64,000 nt of DNA from Chrysomallon squamiferum. Taxonomy: Eukaryota; Animalia; Mollusca. Below are positions 1-15,029 of the stretch, piece by piece. The notes beneath the pieces were generated by a model, which worked only from the letters and a program-made list of their open reading frames with translations, was not told where the DNA came from and did not search any database. Position 1 is the first letter of the stretch. Each line of letters starts with the position of its first letter. Location: assembly GCA_012295275.1 (NCBI GenBank), contig CM022665.1, forward strand, positions 20,646,001 through 20,710,000, in the 5' to 3' direction. A program made the translations under genes and the position numbers.

Positions 1-22
1 CTTTTCTTTGTTCATACCTTAC

Positions 23-42
23 CTAATTCGCTGACGAGTCAT
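23..42 (-). CDS. Possible first coding exon (MTRQRI+AG) of a neighbouring gene continuing off the window's left edge
   Basis: AAAAATG start context and donor TAG|GTAAGG (GT 22-21) in non-repetitive sequence; too short to identify. Confidence 0.25.
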
Positions 43-466
43 TTTTCAAGTGAACTGCAAAGAGATTGTTTCAATCTGATAGCAAAGTTGTTGTTGTTGT
101 TTGTTTTTGCTTTTTCCCAGGCTGATTTGGTTTACTCGAGATGAAATCTTTGATTCTCTTTTGACCTGGTAGGTGATCCGCAGGTAATTCGTACAGGTGA
201 GTGTGAGAAACGTGTTTGTAATCTCTCCTGTTTTATGCCACAACAGATGTCGTAATTCTAAACTCGATTTTTTTTTCTTTCCATCTCATTGACAGTGACA
301 GACAAAATCGAGTAATAGGACAACATATCCTGTATCTACACAACAAAACAAAACTATATCTTCTCTCTATATTCTTTATTAAATTTTCTTTATTTATTTT
401 ATTTTAATTTATTTTATGTTATTATTAATTTTTTTATTATTCTTTATATGTAGCGAAAAGAAAGTA

Positions 467-557
<91 letters not shown>

Positions 558-908
558 ATTTATTACTAATATTTTTTAACCTTGCATTCTTTTTATTTTC
601 TTCTTGCTTTTTTTTGTTTTTGGTCTTTGCTTTTTTCTTCTTTCTTTTCCCTTTGTTTCTTACTTTCCTTTTCTCTTTCATTCATTCATCCTTTCTTCTT
701 TCATTCATTCATCCTTTCCTCTTTCATTCATTCATCCTTTCTTTCTTTCTTCTCCAGTTTTCCGTTTCCTTGTTTTGCATTAATTTTTTTAAATTTTTCT
801 ATCATTTAATTTCTTTGTCTAAATTAATTGTTTTTTCTGTTCCTCGTTTTCTATTTCTTCCTCTTTTCTAAATAAATAAATAAACTATACTAAATTAGTA
901 TACCTAAT

Positions 909-943
<35 letters not shown>

Positions 944-1146
944 TGTATTATTATTATTATTATTATTATGTAAAAAAAAAGACGAACAGTAACTGATTTT
1001 TTTCTTTTTCTTAAATAATTTTGTGACGTCACTTTTAAACGTAATAATAACAATAATATTATTATTATAAAGATGTCCAGCAAAAGTTAATAAACCATTA
1101 TAAAGTAAGTATGCACACAAAGAACAAATAGATAAATTTGTTAGAC

Positions 1147-1191
<45 letters not shown>

Positions 1192-1272
1192 CATAGATAG
1201 ATATTACATTAAGGAAGATGAGACAACACCGGCCTTCACAAATCCTCAAGGAATGTTGTTTTGAAACGACCC

Positions 1273-1304
<32 letters not shown>

Positions 1305-1863
1305 ACGTTAATAACCCTGTTTTTAATTACATTTATTTTTTAATGGGTGTGGTGTTGTTAGAGTGTTAATTGTGTGTGTTTGCTGTGTGTGTGTATTCAA
1401 ATCAGCTGTCTGTGAGGTAAGAAAAACAAGCCGGGTTGATACACCGTAGCGTAATATTAGAAATATTCCACACGTGACGTCAGACGTTTATTTCACTCCA
1501 CGGGATTATCTCAGTATGTCATTTGCATTCACTGGTTAATACAGGCTTAGAGAAAACTCTGGGTGACGTTGTCGCTGATTTGTTCACGTTGTGACACGGT
1601 CGCTGTTCATGTTATGATTTAAATGGCGTTGTCACAGTATTTTTTGTGTGAGTTCGTGTGATTGTTTAATTTGTAAAAAGTTAGCTACACAGACAGTAAA
1701 TAAATAACACAAACACGTATATACTTGTAGTCCAGCTTGCCGAAGAATAAAATGGAGAATACAAAAGAAACTAAAGTAGTGAGAAAGGGGGAATAATACA
1801 ACATTACATTTTACAAATATTAATAGTGACCGAAAAGATTTTTGTTTTGTGTAAAGTAGTTTT

Positions 1864-1946
<83 letters not shown>

Positions 1947-2144
1947 TTATCTACCTATATACATTCAAGGTTGTCTTGATGTCCTTCGGAGTGCGGACGA
2001 ATTGGTGTCATACATTCGAATCCGGTCAGAGGCATCTGACGGGTTTGTGAGGTCGTGATTGGACTTTGTCCTCCTGTGCCAGTGCGTTCCCGTGTATTGT
2101 CTATGTGCACAGTCTAATACACACGAACACATATGTATCAGTGT

Positions 2145-2184
<40 letters not shown>

Positions 2185-2408
2185 TTAATTACTGTTTTAA
2201 ATATTTTTAAAAATTGTAAAGGTTGCTTTATAGTTAATTAGTAAAACACACAGACACTCACAGATCTATCTACGTTATCGTCATATAACTGTAGTCATAA
2301 AAAAAAAAATCCCCAGTAATTAAAGTTTTTTAATAAAATAATTTTTAATTATTCATGAATCAAATAAAGAAAATTAATTTTATTCTTTTTTTGGTCTAAT
2401 ATTTTCCT

Positions 2409-2441
<33 letters not shown>

Positions 2442-2669
2442 TCATTCACAATTATCCTTTTTCCCACATACAGCTTAGTCTATTTTTACTGATTTTATCA
2501 ATCAGTTTGCAATCGTTGTCTGCACGCGAGTGTAAGTTGTCTCCCCCTCCCGTCAATGTCGCCATCGAAGATTCTGACACTGTCTTAAAGTACGTGGGTC
2601 ATATTTCTTTATTTCCTTCTTTAATTTTATAAATATAAGGCAATTAAAATTACGTAGTTTTATGCTTAT

Positions 2670-2709
<40 letters not shown>

Positions 2710-3004
2710 GTAAATAGATAGATAAATACAAAAAAACAAAAACATGAAAAGTTACTATGTGAAGAGTAGTACGCTGTGTTAAAATATTACGTATTTATGT
2801 TAATATCAAAATAAAGTTAGTATTAAGCTGATATGTAATGACGTTTTTTTTGTGTTTTTTTTTGTTTTCTTTACTCTCGTCGAAATATATATTCATCAAG
2901 GTGACGTCATTAAAATATAAATGGGTGAAGGTCATAATTTTAAAATACAAATATAGATGAAAAAAACAGTAGTTATAAATACTATTAAAAAATGTTAACA
3001 GTTG

Positions 3005-3225
3005 AATACAAACATTGATAAAAGTGACAGTACAATACAAATATTGTTAAAAGTGACAATACAGTACAATACAAATATTGCTAAAAGTGACAAGTACAAT
3101 ACAAACATTGATAAAAGTGACAATACAATACAAATATTGATCAAAGTGACAATACAGTACAATACAAACACTGATAAAAAAAAATCACAAAAGAACAACT
3201 GACATTGATTATAAAAGTGACAATA
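3005..3225. repeat. Minisatellite, 29-34 bp unit (AATACAAAYATTGATAAAAGTGAC...), ~6 copies
   Basis: Direct visual periodicity. Confidence 0.85.
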
Positions 3226-4497
3226 ATAAAATAGTATTATGTCAGCTATGTTAATAAAGAAGGCATGCTAAAATACAGACACAAAATTTGACAAAAGCAA
3301 AGATAAAACCTGAAAGTTATTTTTGAAATAATAAAATGAATTCTATCTTGAGCAATCTGTTAATATGAGCTAAGAAATGAATCTGATATTTTCATTTCAT
3401 GCCTCACTGCAACTTTATACACACACACGTTATACGACATGTATTTAACAAATGTGATACACATACGAGATATATTACACGCAGTAATTAAAAACTTCTT
3501 GAGAAGAAATCAGCGATTGTCGACGTTTCCTGCAGTCATCTGATGTTCACTGCGGTGGAAGATGGTCACTCGTCCTGTCACGGAACGGGGCAGCCGATCG
3601 CAGAATGGGACATACCGTCACAACAGGTTGCATGTCTCTGGATCCAGAAACAAACGAGTGAGTGATTAATAGTCTCACAAGTTTCGCGTATCAGTCGCAG
3701 GAATACGGCGTGATAGTTGATACAGCGAGGTGGATCAGGGTCACGGGACGTCCACAGAACGAATCCAACCCCGCCCGTAAACCAAGAAGGTGTCACCTTA
3801 AACAATTACATCATTTCACCCTAATAAATACCCGATAGCACTAAACAGATCCCCTACTTGGTTAGTACAAATCGAAGCAGCGATAGCATCAGATCTTCAT
3901 TGTACGGGTTCGTTAACGTGAACGACAAACAAGCCCCGGCCGGCGATACACTTGTACGACCACTGCAGCCATATCGTGACGTAGCCAGCTACGGTCAGAG
4001 GTTAATACGAAAGAGGGTAAATTTTCAGACGGGGAACAAAAGACTTAGAGGGATTTCACTGCCTATCTAACTTTTGATCACTGTCAGACGATCACCGCGG
4101 GAGAGTCTGATGAGATCAGAACAAGAACTACACGCTTACCCACCTGACTGACTCCACCCTGTGTGGTCCCCCCGTCCCATCCGGCCGTATCACCTGTACT
4201 GATAGTTTGTTACAAGTGACGAGAATTGATTGTTTGTCAGGAAACCAATATGTTGTTTTCGTCTTTCGAGAAAAAACAACAAAGCTGAATGAATTGACAG
4301 TAATCAGTTAATCTCTTAGTAAACATTATATATTGTTCTGCATAACTTAACAGATTGAGATGGAATGAAAGAAAGAGTGAGAGAGTATACGACTGAACTA
4401 GAAAGAAGAGAGACGGAGAGAGCGAAGGAGTAGCAATGAACTAAGACACAAAGATGTAGAAAGAATATGACTGCAATAGAAACAAACATAAGAGAAA

Positions 4498-4597
<100 letters not shown>

Positions 4598-6572
4598 AAG
4601 AGAGAAAAACAGAATGAAAGAAACAAATTGAGATAGAGAGAGAAACAGAGACAAAAAGTAAGACAGAGAGATTGAAATAAAGACAAACCGAGACACGGAG
4701 AAAACCCTAGAAAAGAGATAGACGGAAAAACAGAAACACATAAACAGAAAAGATCGAGATATATGCGGCGGTAGAAAGCCTCGCTTTGCCTTTAAACACT
4801 AACTTGGTAACCTACTAACATTTATTTGTGCAGATGACACTTATGATTGACTGGGGTGACAATGATTAATAGATTTATCTGTTCTTTAGGAATAAGAAAT
4901 AAAGAAAGGATACGACATACACATTTATGGTGTATTCACATATACATACCACACGTATATACAAAAATATATATACGCACATGTAATTTTAGTTAGATCT
5001 TTAAACAAATAAAACAGTAATAATACTAATAATACTAATACTAATAATAATTTAATAAATAAATAAATAAATAAATAAACAAACCAACAAACAAAATAAC
5101 AGCAGCAACAAAAAACAACAACAATAATAGTAATTATAATAAATAATAACAACAACAACAATAAAACAAACAGCAATAACAACAACAATAACAATAATAA
5201 AGAATTCCAAAGCGAAAAGCTTAAACGTCATAATTCCCAACCCAGTAATTACTGTAGAAGCTCAGTTTAATACGTGGTTGCGTTTATTAACAAATGTGAC
5301 AGTTTGGATTTCGTAAATCTTCCCCTAATAACTTTCCGGCATGCAAGGCAGTATTTTTTTCTTTTTAATAAACAAAAATGTATATATAATTTTCCTCTTC
5401 TGCCCCGTCCATTAAACACTAAAGTTAGCGTGAAGTTTTCATTGATTGCCGGTCCCTGAAGTAAACGTACTTCACATTAGAATGAAAATCATCATTGTCG
5501 ACATATTTTTCACGGCTGTGCTTTTTCCGAGTGTATGAACACGGTAATTGTTTAAAAAAAAAAAAAAAAAAAACAAGTCCTGTTAGGTTACAAAACGGCT
5601 GCACTCCGACCAGTGGCTGATTACAGAGTGAAACTATCGCTTGTTGTGTGCCCGTATCTTCCAACCCACTGAGTGTATTAAACAGTGGAGATTATCTTCT
5701 GTAATGAAACGAAGCAAAGCGAAATCCTTTCATTTGAAGGTTTCACCCGGTTTCCACGTTACTGGCCGGAGCACGACACATGCAAGTTGATACCTCCGCT
5801 TTCGTCGTCTCACTTCCGGTTTTCTCCTGAGCGATCTTTCCGAACTGACCTCCGAGTTTAAACTTTCGGCGTGCATCTCGAAACCCCGCTGTTATCAAAC
5901 ACCATCGTCATGACTACATATTTACAGGTGTATTTAGATTCAGGTGTCAAAACAATGCCATCTTCGACAATATCGCATTTTTGTATACATCGATATATGG
6001 GACAGGAAAACAACTAATATTAAAAAAAAAAAAAAAAAAAAAGTAACACATAAATAAGATTCCTGAGTGACAGTTCAAACCTGGTGCTCCCTGTTTCTAT
6101 CATTCGATACTCTGTTTAAATACTTATATGAAATATATATTTGTTTAAATAATATATATTTTTTTTAAAATTACACAGTTTTTTTAATTATTTGTTGTAG
6201 TAGTAGTAGTGATAGTAGTAGTAGTAGTAGTAGCAGCAGTAGTGGTAGTAGAAGTAATAGTAATAGTGGTGCTAGTAGTAGTAGTAGTGGTAGTGATAAT
6301 AGCAGTAGCAGCAGTCATAGCTGTGATAAAAATAGTAGTAGTAGTAGTGTAGGTGTAGGTGTAGTATTAGTAGGAGATAATAGTGGTAGAAGCAGCAGTA
6401 GTAGTAGTAGAAGTAGTAGCAGTTGTTGCAGTAACTAAATTTGCATTCACCATTAACATCAGAAACATTTTAAACTCTAGAAATACATAAAAATTGTTTC
6501 AAAAACTATACTATGTCTGAATGTCCTTCAGTTTGTGTTTATATTTTTGTTTGCCTTTTATTTGTATTTGTA

Positions 6573-6623
<51 letters not shown>

Positions 6624-6931
6624 ATTTGTTTAGAAATGAATATTCTCTGTCTTAAGTACGTCTGATTAGACTGCACATAGACAATATTCGGAAAGGCAAT
6701 AACCCCACATTAGAAAACAGCCTTTTTTTTTTAAGTCTTGGCATTTCTCATTTCAACTGATAAATTACGTTTCTTGTTTTACCATTTATTTCGTTATGAC
6801 TTGTGAAGTTTTGCATTTGTAATAGCGAAACGTGATGCTGTGAAAGTTGAAACGCGTCAAACTACGCGTTTTCTCTGTGGCAAATATATATTTTTTATTA
6901 TTATTATTACTACTACTACTACTACTACTAC

Positions 6932-6987
<56 letters not shown>

Positions 6988-7034
6988 TAAATCAACACGA
7001 GCTGAAAACTACATCTAAGTGACACTGACAGAAA

Positions 7035-7512
7035 AACTTGCTTATTAAATGTTGACTTGTATGTGCTCTTTTGTATTAAGAAAGAACTGATACTTTCTTA
7101 TTAAATGTTGACTAGGATTTGTACTTTCTTATCAAATGTTGACCAATATGTATACTTTCGTATTAAATGTTGACAAAAACAATTCACACATTCTTTTTAA
7201 ATTATGACTAATTCGTATACCTTTCTATTAAATATGGATTAAAGCTTGTACTTTCTTATTAAATTTGGACCAACAATTCTTGTGTTACTTTCTTAATTAA
7301 ATGTTGACAAAAACAGTTTATACATTCTTACTAAATACATGTACTCTTTTATCAAATGTCGACAAAAAGTTAACTTACTTTCTTAAATATTGACAAAACT
7401 GTGTACATTATTTTTAAAATATACCGACACAACTTTTTTACTTTCTTATTAAAACGCGTACGTTCGTAAACAAAGTTGATAAAAATTTGTTCTTTCAGAT
7501 TAAATGTTGACA
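7035..7512. repeat. Degenerate minisatellite with core TACTTTCTTATTAAATGTTGAC, ~33-40 bp spacing
   Basis: The core recurs more than 10 times with substitutions. Confidence 0.8.
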
Positions 7513-8451
7513 GCTAAATGACTGTTGACTCCGTAATGAATACATGTATACATACACAACCATGATCGGTCTGTACATTTCATATTTTTCTAACATGCAC
7601 GAGAAAATGTGGCGATTAGTACGCTGCAGTTAGAAAAATTCAGTTTAGTCATTTATCTTACTGATCTTGGATTGGATCTTGGCTTTATTTTATTTTAATT
7701 TTTGTTTTTTTAATTTAAATTATTTCTCTCGATTATTTTTATCATCATTATCATTATTATTATTGCTATCATCATAATTATAAATCATCATAATTTATTT
7801 ATTATTATCATCATCATCATCATCATTATTATCTTTATTATTATCGTTTTTCTTCTTCTTATTATTACTACTACTTCTATTACAACTACTAGCACTACCA
7901 CTACTACTACTAATACTATACGACTACCACTATTAATGTTACTACCATCACTACTACTACTAACTACTACTACTAGTACTACTACTATTACCATCATTAT
8001 CATCATCGTCAACATGATTATTATTTCACTAAGGGTCACGCACTGAGAAGGGTGTGTCTCTGGAAAGGAGGTGGTGTTTGATTTTTCACAGATATAAACA
8101 CAGCTAAAACATAATTGTCGTTTCAGTTTGATAAATACATTACTTAACGTAATTCACTTGACAACGAACTGTAACGTCCAAACCGGACTTTTTCTAATGT
8201 TACTAATTATCGTTTGTTGCTGTCGCTGCTCGAACGACGATTGAATTAGAAGGAAGCTACGGATTAGCTGACGTGGATGTGACAATGGAAAAAAAAAATC
8301 ACAGTTCTACCTCTTTTTCTCCTGCTTATTGCTTTGTACCGAACGTCTCCGAAATTTAAACGAACTTGTTTGACACTTCTTTAAATCTGTTACATAGTCA
8401 CGCTATACAGAAATATTTTAAATAATAATAAAAACACCTACACTGCATCTG

Positions 8452-8501
<50 letters not shown>

Positions 8502-8823
8502 ACTACTACTACTACTACTGCTGCTGCTGCTACTACTACTACTACTACTATTAATAATAATGATGATCATGTTGATCATAATGACGATGATACTGAAAGA
8601 GATGTAATTTCTATTAGTTCGGGATTTTGTTGTTTGTTTGCTTTTTATTTAAAAAAAATATATATATAATGCCTTACTAATCAGTTTTATTTATATCTAA
8701 CAAGCAAATATCAATAAAAATATAATAATAATAAAAAAAAAAAATAATAATAATAATAAAAAAAACAAGAATGTTGATTTTTTAATATTTTTGTACAGTT
8801 TTACAAATGATTTTCTTTCGACA

Positions 8824-8857
<34 letters not shown>

Positions 8858-9480
8858 ATTTGTAGTTAATTAATTTATTGAATTAAAAAATTTAATTATT
8901 TAAACTTCTTCTTCTTTTTTTTTTTTTTATTTATTTTTGTTTTTAAAATTTAAAACGAACTCTTTTAAAATGTTTTACTATTAAAAGTGGAAAAGGAAAA
9001 ATCTATTAATAAAGATTATGAAAATTTTTAATATGTTTGGAATATCTTTAGAACGCCTATTTTTCGAAATAACAAAAATAAGACTGGAACTTATTTTATT
9101 GTTACGTTATTGGTTATAACTTGTTCAGAAGCTTGGATCGTTGATTGCAACAAACGTCTGGTTTATGTCCACTTCTTACTGCGTCCAGTTATAACCTTAC
9201 ATACATATATATATATATTCTGTATATTAGAAGAAGCATATAAAAAGATTGTTAATTGTTAAAATACTAGAGCAGGATGTACAGTAGGGGATTTACAAGT
9301 ATCTGTTGTAGGAGACATGGTGAAACCAGTGTACAAAAATATCGTTTGACATCTTAAACGTGTCAATATTAAAATGATATTCATACAGAAAATGCTAGAG
9401 TCATAGAGAGCTATATTAAAAACTGATGAGTGATTTACAAAATATTTTGGGTTTTTTGACAATTTTTTTTTATGATAGTT

Positions 9481-9561
<81 letters not shown>

Positions 9562-10536
9562 ATTCTCACTGTATGTATATTTTGTGTGTGTGTGTGTGTA
9601 TGTGCATAAAAACATGTCACACGTGTGTGTACATACCTGTATTACTAACTAATCATTTTGTGTATTTCGATGTAACTGATAAACTAGTTCAGTACCTCAG
9701 TACAGAAGCGCGCGCGGGCGGACGCATGCGCTCCTGTTTCTGAGACATGCGTTTCTAATCGAACTGCGAGATTGTTCAGATAAGAAAGCAGACATTTTTT
9801 TTTTTTTTTTTAATGACTTCCACAACAAAAACGCAGGACTCTATTTTGTTTACGTTTTGTTTACTTCATCCCACACACATTATTTTGCACGTTCTGAACA
9901 TAACTTTCTTTTCGATATCTCTGTATTTATCAAGCATCTGCTGTCGACTTGCCTAGGCTTTGTTCAGTCCATTTCATAGCGTTTATCAATATTTTAAAAA
10001 TCATTGTTGATTCTTTCCTCGTGTCGCCTATAAAAGTGATACCACACTGATAACATCGGCATTACGTCTAGTCCACGGCTCACGGGGACGTGGTAGTCAG
10101 CTGTTACGACGTAAGACCTCGTGTCAATGATTTACAGCGTCTTGCCTGAGCACAAGCCAAAAATATGGACATCAGACATTTTTGTTAGCAGAGGCAGAAG
10201 TGTTAACAGGGTTTTGACGTGAGAGTGGGAACATTGTTTGAGCGGGGTGTGAGATTAGGGGTTGTTGGAAGTGGGAGTATTACTACTACTACTACTACTA
10301 CTACTGTAACTACTACTACTACTTTTCACCACTACCGTTTCTATTACTATTACTACTACTATAACTACCATTACTGCTACTACTACAATTGCTATTTCCA
10401 TTACAACTGCCATTACTATCACTGCTACTAACACTTCTACAACAACTGCTGCTACTGTTACTTTTAATAACGTAACCTGCAGAAAAGAAATCGTTCAACA
10501 AACGTCAAACGTTCGTTCTAATGGAAAAAAAAAAAT

Positions 10537-10569
<33 letters not shown>

Positions 10570-11174
10570 AAAGAAACACTATCAAGTGAACTTCGCTTGT
10601 CCACACTCGGATCACCCCTCCTAAACAACGCACAGACCCGCCCCTAGCTAAACGGAATACCTGCTCTGTACATAGTATGATATATAGAGTTTCACTGATA
10701 GAGAGACAGAGAGAGAAAGACTGCTGACACTAACAGTGAAAAGACGGAGGTGAAATCCACCCCGATATATCCCTGTCACTTTTCACATTGTCTACGTCCA
10801 CTCAGTCGAGACTATCGCAACCCACCGCTGACCTGAGACCCAGCCACAACTACCCACCTGTCAGTCGAACCCACTGGGGTGGAGCATTCTTCTCAACCTA
10901 GGTGTCTAGGTGTAATATGACTATATTTTATTATTAATTTGTTACAAAGTTCCTCAAACAGTTTTGAAGTTTGATCACAAAATATATGATTGATTAACGT
11001 GGCGTGTTAGTTTTTTTTTTTTTTTTTTTTTTTTTTTGTACAATGTTCCTGGTTGGTATTGAAATATATCGTAGGTTATTGTTACAAAGTAGCTGTTTTA
11101 TAAATATGACAGCTTCTAATGTTGCAGGAATAATAATTCGGACCGCAGCATATACGATTTAAATAATAATAATA

Positions 11175-11209
<35 letters not shown>

Positions 11210-11982
11210 AAGAATGATAAGAAAAAGTAGAAGAGGAAGGAAAAGAAGAAAGAGAATCAAAAGAAGAAAAATCCAACAAGAATAATAACAAAAGGTTAAA
11301 TTAAATAAATAAAGGCAGTAAGAATGATAATGATGGTGACGATGATGATGATGATGATAATAATGAACAGCCGTTTTAAATAGATTTTTTTCCTTTTTTT
11401 TTAAACAGCCAAAACAAAAAAATAAAAACAATAGAAGCTGATTTATTAGACAGTTAATGATTTTAAAGCTTTACATTTAATAGAAAATTAAATTTAAACA
11501 AATGAAAATGAAGAAGAAGAAGAAAATACAGTCGATATTTAGTTTACGAAAATTAACATGAAAATAAGGAGCAGACGTGACAATAAAGTAATTTAAAAAT
11601 TCGAAGAGAATGACGTATCAATTACGTTGTGACAAATTACCGCCAAGAACGGTAACTGCGACACCCTGCTGACTTGACGAAAAGATCGTCACCATTTATC
11701 ACCCAGCTGCAGGTCTGGTGTCGCTAGTCGAGTGTGGAGGAATTAACACACAGATGTTGCGTGACGCTAAACTACGTTAATATCACTATTCTTGTTCAGT
11801 ACCTCAAATAATCTGTCTGCCTTTCTCTGCCCTCACCCCACCTTCGCTTCGCTCCCCCTTTCCTTTTCTGTGCTTCTCCCTATCTTCCCTTATCTTTCAA
11901 AAGCTATATTCTTCTTCGTTTCTTGTTTTTATTATTGTTATTTATCTGTTATTTATTTATTTTGTTTTGCTTTGTTTTTCGA

Positions 11983-12051
<69 letters not shown>

Positions 12052-14225
12052 AAAGCAACAACAACAACAAATAACGACAGCGGGCTGAGATATCATCACT
12101 ATTTTTAATCATAAAGCATAAAATACGTTTTAAAATGATACAAGTTTGACTATTCAAAAAGTGCAATTTAAAAATTTCAGAGTTCGCTTGAATCAGAGCT
12201 AGCGAATGTTTAGTTTTCTTCAAACAGATCTTCTGACACATTCATACATTAAATCATACATTTGGAAAACTTTATGTGCCGAATACAGTTTTAATAAGCG
12301 AGCAGAAACTATAAAGATTATAGAACTATAAACATTACAGCTGAGAATCAAAATAAATAAAATAAAAACTGCAAAAATAGCAACTGTTTCTAAAACGTTT
12401 TCATCCTACGTCGCTCCCGCTGTTGATATAACAGTATCAGAAATTAGTTAAATATAATCATTTATTTTCGCATTTTTAAAAATTATTTTTTGAAGACAGT
12501 AATTATTTATATACTTTTTAGTAAAATCCGTCATTATTATTATTATTATTACTATTATTATTATTATTATGATCGTTGATGTCGCTGTTGTTGTTGTAGT
12601 TTATTTATTTGATAAAAATTATTAAAGTATTTTATAGTAAAATCCGTTATTATCGTTATAATTGTTTATTCTTTGGTAAATCGCGCTGATTTCTAGATGT
12701 TTTTAAGTGCGTGAAATTGGTTTGTCCGAGTCTGTGTGCGGTCTATGTGCACGTGCTTTGGCGTGTACGCTGGCGTATGTACGCTGGCGCATGGAACTGT
12801 TCTTGTGCTCGGGCTGTGACCGCAGGTTACTGCTCTCACGTGCGTGGGTGTGTGAATGCAGCCTCTGTATATTTTATATACTGTTTTTTTTTTTTTTTTT
12901 TTTTTTTTTTAACGATGTTGAAAGATATACAAATAAAAGTGTATCACTTGAAATTAATTCAAAAAGTGGAACATCTTTATCTTGACAGGAAAACGAAGAT
13001 GAAAGTTACCGGATGTAGAAGAAGATGACCATTATGAAGATTATGATGATGATGATGATGATGATGATGATTATAATGATAATAACATATCATGTTAATT
13101 ATAATAATTTTGATTACGATTTTGACGATTTATCGATGATAATGATGATGATTATGATTATAATAATGATGATGAAAACAAGAAGAGGAAAATGAACGAA
13201 CAAGAGAAAAGAAAAAATAGGATGATAAATGATGATGATGAAAGAAAAATAATAAAATTTTTAGATATTTATATTTCATTGAGCTGTTCTTTTGTATTAA
13301 AACTATTTCTATTATTATTAGGAGTAGTGGTAATAGTTGTTGTTGTTGTAGTAGTAATAGTAGTTGTAGTAGCTATTGTTATTTATTAACACACACTGAT
13401 ATACACCCACACCCACACACACACACACATATATATTATTAATTTTTTAGATTACAAAATATAGATAAAAGACCATTATTATTTTTAACCTATCTGTTCT
13501 AACTTGTCCAGCGAGCTATGACGGTGAAATTTCAGTGACATGGTGATAAGAAAGATGGGATATGTTCACCCATGCATGAGCGACGCTGAAATGAAAGAAA
13601 GACAAAAAAAATAAAAAAAAAAAAAAAAAAGTAATGGATTTAACCAAGAAATCTCACACAGGGCCGCCATGCAGAGCAGAAAGTGTTGGTCACGTGACCC
13701 ATTGTTCTACCCATGAAGAAAAATTACCCGTGCACGGTTTTATTCCCACATCACACCTGTATCAGATTTCCTGTGTAAAAGTCTCAAACAAGAAAGAAAA
13801 GAAAGAAAAAAAAATCATCTACGGGAAATCTCTACGTTTGATAAATGGTTTTGCCAACAGGATGGTGTAAGATAGTATTATCTCTACGACTACATCTGGG
13901 ACGAGAAAGTTGGCTGCCTTCCTGTGAAACGCATACCTAAACCTCGCCCCCTTAGAAAGTGTTTTTTCTTCTTCTTTTTTTAAAATACTGCTCGACGATT
14001 CACATTCCTGAAGAGTGTTTCATCTGTCAAAACCTGATATTATAATCTTCTCCACGCTGTAATTACAGGTTGGGGAAACATACACATTCATTACAGATTA
14101 ACGGAGAATTACGCGTTCAGTCGAGTGTGCGCGTTTTAAACCGAGTCTTACCGACTTCGTAAATATTTTATATAAATAATCTTCATGATTTTATCTGCCT
14201 GTCTGTCTCAGTTTCTATCTGTCTG

Positions 14226-14304
<79 letters not shown>

Positions 14305-14466
14305 CGATGCACATAGGATGGGTCAGTGAAAGGATGGATTACTGATTTGATAAATAAAGTGCGACTGAATGTACGGATGGATGAATGGACAGACAAATGG
14401 GTAGACAAGCGACAGATGCTGAATAAAATATTCTAAACTTAATAATAATGATAATAATAATAATAA

Positions 14467-14533
<67 letters not shown>

Positions 14534-14700
14534 ATGAAAAAAATAAATAAATAAATAAATAAATAAATAAGTTTGATCCACAATTTTCTAACCTTTCTCC
14601 AGATTTATGAAATTTCAAAACTGCCTTCATTAATCTTATCCAGACGATCAAATGACGCTTTTTAGAAGTGAATATTAATTAAATAATAACAGATATTTAC

Positions 14701-14738
14701 AAACACAAACACATGGACGAATGTTAAACAAGTTTATT
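14701..14738 (-). terminator. Candidate polyadenylation signal plus downstream GU-rich element
   Basis: AATAAA in non-repetitive context, upstream UGUA motifs, GU tract ~20 nt downstream. Confidence 0.55.
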
Positions 14739-14980
14739 GCATTCAAACCACCATTGCACACTGTTATATTTACATATATACGTGTATATGTACAGCCTTT
14801 CTGGTTACACAATCATCTGTGACGTCATATCCTGTTACCAAGGCACTTAGTAACATAACAGATTTGGCTACACTTCGAAAACTAATACTAGTAATAATAA
14901 TAAGAGAAAAATATGACCTTACAATATTATGCCTGAAAAACAGTAATTAGCATTAGAAAAACATTTAATACTTTCAACAT

Positions 14981-15029
<49 letters not shown>

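Noticed and set aside
409-871. ORFs with poly-ER/SL, HT/CV, poly-I/Y/N/S/L tracts here and throughout (e.g. 4316-4741, 35360-35781, 46920-47559, 60459-60815)
   Set aside because: They are translations of microsatellites, with no domain, splice context or coding-like composition.
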